From: a virus
Taxonomy: Duplodnaviria; Caudoviricetes
IMG/VR virus record: IMGVR_UViG_3300020440_000090
Span: 1-24,151 of that record
Reading direction: 5' to 3' (one strand)
DNA length: 24,151 nucleotides
Position 1 is the stretch's first letter; every line of letters begins with the position of its first letter. The translations under genes were made by a program, and so were the position numbers. The notes beneath the pieces were generated by a model. That model was not told the DNA's origin and did no database searches. It was given only the letters and a program-made list of their open reading frames with translations. This document shows, one piece after another, positions 17,601-24,151 of the stretch.

Positions 17601-20600
17601 TTTTACATTAGACGCATTCGGAGCGCCAACAATAATATATTTTGCATCATCGCTCATTGCAATGCTATATCCAAATTTTTGTCCTGGACTTGCAATATTT
17701 TCATCAGGTTCTAAAACTTGATATAACGAGTAATTTAAAGCATTACTTGCTCTATTGTAAATGTATACCTTACCGTCGCCGAAATCAGGAGAACCTACAG
17801 CAAATTTTACATTTCTGTCATCAACTGCTATTGCTGTACCAAATTGGTGTGCGATTCCAAGTTTAGAATTAGATAATTCTTGCTGTACTGTAAATTTATT
17901 TTTATTCTGTAAAACAACCCATTTTCCGTTTCCGGCATCGTCAATCCAAAGTTTTTCATCTTGATTTATTTCCTGCTCGGCTAAAGTATTTGCTTCTAGC
18001 AAACTAGGTTTTCTTACGCTTATAAATTTGCTTAACTTTCCTTCACATTCATCTACATCTTCTACGCTGTCCGAAGACTCTAACACAATTTTATTAAGCG
18101 CAACTGACTTAACCTTAAAAAATCCTTCAATAGGAGCAATAGTCTGTGTCAATGTTTGGGTGCTATCAAAAGCTCCCGGAGCATATGTTTTAATTAATAC
18201 ATTGTATACTCCTAACACATCTCCTGTGCTAATATCTAAAGGAGTAGAATTAAGGACTAGTGTAAATTCTCCAGAACCAGATTCTATTTTTTCTATTATA
18301 TAATCAGTTTGTATATGCTGAAATACGGACCAATCTTCTTTGTAATTTCCTACCCATACATAATTTTGATTATCAATATCACTAAATAATTTATTTGTAA
18401 TTTCATCGTATTTTGAAATTACAACATCTACATCTTCAGGATTAACATATCCTGCATCTTTTGTGTAGCCTTTAGAGATATATTTTGCAGGGAAAGGTGC
18501 GTGATTATAATTATTTGACTTTAAGTAAGTTTCATATTCTTTGATTCGATAAACTAAATCTGTCTCTAGACCTGTAGCATTATTTGTAAGCAAAATTGGC
18601 TGAGGATCGCTTACAAATTTCTTTTCGTCTAATAGGTATTCCACTTCTTCAAAACCTTCAGAAGCACCATACTGGCCATCTTTGATTGCCCATTCCTCAA
18701 AGAAATCTAAACTTTCTTGATCAGCACTTGCTAGTGCATCAAATAATTTAGTTAAGGAATTTTTAGATCCTTTATCTAAAATAAATCCTTGATAAAATTT
18801 GTATTGACTAACATCGTCGTTAATAATGTTTTCTAAATATTGACGCTTTTGGTATCCAATTAAATGTTGTGCTAGTTTTTGTTGTTCAACATCAAAATTA
18901 TCACTGTCTAAATCATAAAAGTCGCTAAACTGATTAATTTTGTAATCAAAGTTTGTTAACAAGCCAGGTGTTGGTTTCTTATCAAGTCTGGTCCAACTGT
19001 CTGCTTCAAATAGTTGTGTGCCTGCAATTTTTTTATCTGAACTATAATAAAATTCTTTGTGTTTTACTAAGTCGCCTATGGAATAATCTTTCCATGCTTC
19101 CCATTCTTTTGCAACTGCATTGTCGTAAATAAATCCTGGTATGTTAAGACTTCCATTCCAGTTATCTGTTCTATAACCTAAAACTTTTATTCTTTCTTGT
19201 CTATATCCTGCAGCAGGATCATATATTACATCATTGAATACAGTTTTGTTATCAATAATTAACACATGTTCTTTTTGAACTAATGGAAATCTCACTGCAA
19301 ATATACCATCTGCCGAATTTACAACTGTTACAGTACACTCATTTTCAATACCTTTTGAAATACGTACAAATTCATTGTTTAACTTTTTGCCATCACCTTT
19401 TAATAAACTGTATCCATAAAACGTGTCATATATATTATCCACAATACTGTAACTAGACTTTAGTGTTAATTTATTTGCGCCTGGACTTATTGTAATTACA
19501 GTTCCTGCAGCCCAATTCTGTGTAGTCCAAAACATAAACTGCTTTGATGCAGTAGACCAATCTGATACTTCATTTGAATTAGGTACTCTATCTTCAAATA
19601 CAAATCCTAATTCGTTAAGATACTTTCCGTAGCCATATAAGAAGTCAACAACATCTTGTAAAGTGTCGAGCTTATCGCCATAAGTTAATGTGCTTTCTAT
19701 AATTTCAAATACACGCGGCATGGTAGCTACTGCTCCGCCGACTAATGGTAATTCAGGTATGGCAGCAAATTTACTAGCATCAAAATTAGTGTCGCTGGTA
19801 TGAGAATCAGTAACCCTAAAGAAACTATTGTTTTGTTTTACAATTTGTCCTACTGTGTATGAACTATTACTTGAATAATTTACAAACGATTCTGATATTC
19901 CACCTACATTAATTACAGGATCATTTTGCTGTACAATTCTTCTATAATATGTAAAATTAGGCTGGAAATTATCATAACCTCTAATTACATATCCATCTGC
20001 TTGTTTTTCTATTATTACGCCACTATAACTAATAGTTTTTATAGGACTACTAGTGTTTAATATCAAATCATAATTTTCATCTGGTACAAAAACATTACCT
20101 TCATTAGTAGGGGATCTAGAATCTAATATTAATCTAAACTTTTTCTTATCTGAATAGCCTGCAATCTTACTACCCATTTGGTTTTTAATATTAACTAATC
20201 TTGTTTTATAATCTGTATAAGATTGAGTTGTATTACTTGTCATGTAGTTTGCAATATAGTTAACAAGTCCGCTAGTAAACACTTGTGTTGTATCAGATAT
20301 AGTATTTGGGAATACAATATTATCTAATTTGATAGGTATTCCAGAATCACCATAAACAATTTGGTTTGCTAGATTCCTTTTTTGCCTAGCTCTGTCAAAA
20401 CCAGTAGCAAATATATTATTTGGTTGATTTTGTACCCATGCAGTAATTAAACTAAAAGGATATTCTGAACTTCTTCTCCATGCTGATTCTACAGGTCCAC
20501 CGTCTCCAATCACCCAATTATTAGTAATTGCACTTGCATTAAAATTTGTTAAAAGTCCACAAGCATTAGGATCAAGTATGTTGCCAGCATCATCAACTGG

Positions 20601-23600
20601 AATATTACTTTGTAAATTAGGCCTAATATACTTTTTGTCAACAATTATATTTTTGTTTGGTTCTCTAATTATACCTTGTTCTAAATCTTGCCATAATAAT
20701 TTATTATTCCTAGTGTAAGGAGCAGGACCATACTGTGTTTCCCACCAAGTTGGTTTTACACTAAAACCTAACATTTCCCAAGGATCTGTATGCGGCCTGT
20801 CGGTATCAAATGCATACATAAATGCTTGACGCCAATGGCCAGGCAGTTTTTCTGAGCCTGTTTTATATCTAGTACTTGAATAGTTAAATGTAAATGCATT
20901 ATTTCTATCGAAATAACTATTAGTTACATAATCTTCATCCACCAACTGACTCCATTGTATAAAATCAGCCGTCATAGAATAATTTAATTCTTGTCTTGTA
21001 AACGTAGTATCTCTATGCTGTCCGGGAACAAAACTATGGATATCTAATATTGAAGTATCATAATCTATTTTTATATTATTATAGATCCTTAATTCTAATT
21101 CTAACAATAAGTTGTCTCTAAAATCATTAAATCCTACAAACTTGCTACCGTCGTGTCCTTGAATAACAGTAACTGGATTAATTGCCGTGTTATCAGTATA
21201 TATTTTTGGTTCGAATGATGGATAAAGTCCTAACTTACTAGGAGTTGGTGGCATAAAACTAGCATTAGTGCTATCATATTCATATGTATCTATTACATCG
21301 TTTACTGCTTTAGTAGCTGTAACGTCTACAAATCCTTCTGAATTAAAAGTATAATCTTTACCATGAGTCAATTGGCTTCCGTTTAGATATACTTGTACAG
21401 CTTTCCGACTTAGTGTGGACATTGAAAAAGTAGCACTTAACGGAAAATATCTTTCATCGGTGTCTAAAACTGTATGACTAGTTTTTACTGAACCACCCTG
21501 GGGTACCATGTCACTAAAATAAAACGGCATGCTAGATGTTTTATCTTTATTCATCTCATTTAAAATATTATCTACATGTACTTTTACTGGACCTTCAAAT
21601 CCTAAAGTATTAGCTGTCTGCAAAAACTGTCTTTTAAATTTTCCGTATTCTTTTCTTGCATACCTTAGTGCTTTTATAACATTAGCATCTTTGTCAACCA
21701 AATGATAAGCTGATAGGTTTATGGGTCCGCTGTGTTTTAAAAACTTTTTACCATAGCTGCTTAAAAACCCTATATCTCTTAAATTACTTGGGCCAGGAAA
21801 GATTCCATTAAAATTATTAATTTCTTCTACTATTGTATAAACATGATCGTTTACTTCGCCTAAAGTAAATTCAGTAATATTTTCATTTAAAGGATTTCTT
21901 TCAATATTTTTTGCTATTTCGTAGTAACCATTGTTATTTTTTGGATACTTACTTTTTGTTTTTATTACAATTACGTCATCTAATGATAATGGATTTGTAA
22001 ATGTAATATATAGTAATCCGTTTACATCAGTAGAAGTAGTATAATCTGTATTGACAAATTGTAACTTGTTGTTGAGATACACTCTAAGCCAAAGATTATT
22101 TACATAATCAATATTATCATAAACATCGATATAAAAATTATCTGTTGTATTATCATAGATGTATTGTTGAATAACTGGTTGGCTGCTTAATTTGTTTGTT
22201 TTAAGCCAACCGTTCACATAACTAAATTTATCAATTTCTGTATAAGATCTTAAAAATCCTGTATCTGTCTTTTTACTAAAGAGCTCTGTACCTATTTGGT
22301 ATGTAAAGGCTTGATCTGTAAGATCAAAGTTGAAAGTTATATCACCGGTATTTGTTATATTTCTATAAGATAAAGGAAATCCTAACTCTTCATCATTAAC
22401 ACCTGTTCCTTGTTTGTAAGAAAATATTTTGTTTCCGGTAAATGTTGTAGAATTATATTTTGTAATATCACCAAAAGAGTTTCCATTGCTATCAAATAAA
22501 TCAAATAATGGTTGTTGATTAACAGCAGATTTTTGTTGGCTTAATTTCCAGGCTTTGCCGTCGTATGTAAAAAACTTTCCGCCGTTTGTTGTTCCAAATT
22601 TTACAAATACATTTTCATTAGTAACCGGAGTAGTATCAGTTTCTTCTACCAAAGATATTTGGGTATTATTTTTAAACTTTATGAAACTAATCTTGTAAAT
22701 TTTTCCGCTGACTAAATCATCTGTGTCAGCACTAAATAACACTCGCATACCATTTGTTAGGTTAACGCCGTCAACATTATAGCCTGGACTTCCTTCAATA
22801 GTTGAGAATATATCTTTAGTAAAGGTATCTATTAAATCAACGTCTAGTTTAGATTTTGTACCAAAGTTAAATAATTTTATACCTTTGTTAAATTCAATAA
22901 TAGGACGCTTTGCTCTCGAATCTTCTAACAGAGTTGAAGGATTGTTACTTAGCATGTTACTTGTTTCAATTACAGATTTATGAAACCACCTATTATATCT
23001 ACTCCATAAATTTCCATCTTTACTTGCACGATTAATTACAATATAATCTTTTTTGCTTGGATATCCTAATGCATCACTAAATGGATAAAAATCAAATCCT
23101 TGGGCATCAAATTGAACTTCGATGTTATCTGTAAATGTTCCGCTTACCGTCAAATCATCTTGTTGAATTAATTGGATACGATCGCCTACACCTTCAACAT
23201 ACCATTGGCCTGAACTATATTTTGCCGGGGTAACTTCTCCCGCAAATTCAATTTTCATTCCATTAGATAAATCATATCCTGCACTCGTAGTATAAGTTTT
23301 TTTACCTAATATTTCTGCTTCAACATCGATTGCTGTGTTTTCTTCTATATCAAAAATTTGCATATATCCAGATGTGTTAGGATCATTTTTTGAAATATAA
23401 TACAACGAATCTGGAGCAGTATCAGGAATAGTAAATTCGATTATTCCTTTTTCAATATATACAGTAGATATACTATTGCCGTCGTCATCAACTTTTGAAA
23501 CTCCTGTATCATAAATTAATGATGAATTTGTTGCATCACCAAATTGCGCTGACGCTAGTGCTTCTTCTTGAGATACAGGATCTACGATAAATCCTCCTGC

Positions 23601-24151
23601 GTCATATGCAGTACCTTCTTGATCGTATAATACTACATCAAACACACCTGCACTTCTAACACCGTCAGTAGTTTCAACAATTACTGCTTCTCCTGGTGTG
23701 AAACTTTTCTTTGTTGCAAATGCTATTGGATGATTAGGAGTGTCGATCTCAAACCTATATGTTTGACCTCTATATAATTTAATTGTAGGATTATTAGTTA
23801 AGCCGTCCGGTGAAAATACATATGTCACATTATCTACATTTTCTCCTAGCCCAACAGTGTAAGTACTAACAATATCTTTTGTTTGTCCTATAACTGTTAA
23901 CAAACTAGGTCCATTAGGTAACCAATAATATTCTCTGTAATTTGTTAATTTGTCCCAGTCCACATGTGGATTCCAGGCATATTCTTCTTGGGCATTTAAT
24001 CTGCTGTGATTGACCGTTGATCCGCCTAGATTTCCGACAGTATTAATATAGTCGTTATAATCTTTGTAATATGTAATGTTGCCTAAATCATCTTTAATCA
24101 CTGCGGCAGGTTCAAATTGATAATTTTCTCTATCATTTGTGACCCCGCCAA
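8634..24151 (-). CDS. Giant multidomain virion protein (baseplate wedge/scaffold-like), >5,170 aa, 5' end outside the window
   Basis: Uninterrupted 15.5 kb frame. The track start (GTG at 24101) is internal, because the frame stays open to the edge ([21 protein letters not shown]...). Contains FG-GAP-like, CBM-like, GGSGY and (A/G)DG-S/T-x-x-F repeats, and a C-terminal ERIEY..[11 protein letters not shown] motif of the kind seen in phage baseplate/tail proteins. Confidence 0.85.
   Translation of the reverse strand, partial: [5171 protein letters not shown]
8980..11860 (-). repeat. Array of degenerate small beta-domain repeats starting F-x-(A/G/T)DG-x-x-x-x-F/Y in the giant protein
   Basis: [47 protein letters not shown] and [12 protein letters not shown], several followed by V-x-(V/I)-(D/N)-(G/N) and DY/DW motifs. 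Coordinates approximate. Confidence 0.65.
11990..13290 (-). repeat. Two paired GGSGY/NPGRGY repeat modules (T4-like baseplate/tail decoration) at ~13110..13290 and ~11990..12175
   Basis: [30 protein letters not shown] and [47 protein letters not shown]. Confidence 0.7.
14500..17845 (-). repeat. FG-GAP/integrin-alpha-like beta-propeller blades within the giant protein
   Basis: [117 protein letters not shown]. Coordinates approximate. Confidence 0.75.

Larger units (their letters stand above)
1..24151 (-). mobile_element. Bacteriophage genome segment (large myovirus/jumbo-phage-like): tail/baseplate/fibre module
   Basis: Dense co-oriented genes with very short or overlapping junctions. Tail-collar domain, Peptidase_G2-like chaperone domain, T4-type late promoter boxes and a >15 kb virion gene are present. 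No host housekeeping genes, integrase or att site are visible, so free phage versus prophage cannot be decided. Confidence 0.9.

Noticed and set aside
3442-18303. Numerous plus-strand ORFs of 60-195 aa in the track (e.g. 7399..7986, 6637..7071, 13156..13662, 8614..8988)
   Set aside because: They lie antisense to long motif-bearing minus-strand genes, have the shadow composition expected from the sense-strand codon bias (V/L/P/S/T-rich), and show no recognisable motifs.
24099-24101. GTG start assigned to the giant ORF
   Set aside because: The frame remains open upstream to the window edge ([16 protein letters not shown]), so the true start is probably outside the window.
1-24151. Alternative genetic code (no TAG seen among the eight gene stops)
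   Set aside because: Genes translate full-length with the standard code, both TAA and TGA act as stops, and the sample is too small to say anything about TAG.
8634-24151. Intein, intron or tape-measure interpretation of the giant ORF
   Set aside because: No C/S...HN-C/S/T intein ends or LAGLIDADG/HNH motifs recognised, no frame interruption, and the composition is beta-rich and aromatic rather than helical.

Overview
AT-rich segment of a large tailed bacteriophage genome, most likely a T4-superfamily/jumbo myovirus. It covers part of a tail/baseplate module, and all real genes lie on the minus strand. In transcription order (right to left): (1) a giant virion protein of >5,170 aa, 5'-truncated by the window, with FG-GAP-like propeller blades, CBM5/12-like modules, GGSGY repeats, (A/G)DG-S/T-x-x-F repeats and internal duplications; (2) a 204-aa baseplate/fibre-attachment-like protein; (3) three tandem paralogous fibre proteins (671, 643, 505 aa) that share an N-terminal anchor but end in different tips (tail-collar plus HxH; DAATKxYVD neck plus unknown domain; Peptidase_G2-like self-cleaving chaperone); (4) a 313-aa virion protein; (5) a 115-aa protein and two translationally coupled paralogous GT-A glycosyltransferase-like genes, the last one missing from the ORF track and running off the left edge. 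Three structural genes are preceded by T4-late-type (T/G)ATAAATA boxes, whereas the glycosyltransferase cassette has its own near-consensus sigma70 promoter (TTGACA-N17-TATACT). The most interesting hypothesis is a phage-encoded virion-glycosylation cassette attached to a multi-tip adsorption apparatus. All family calls come from motif recognition by eye; no database search was run.
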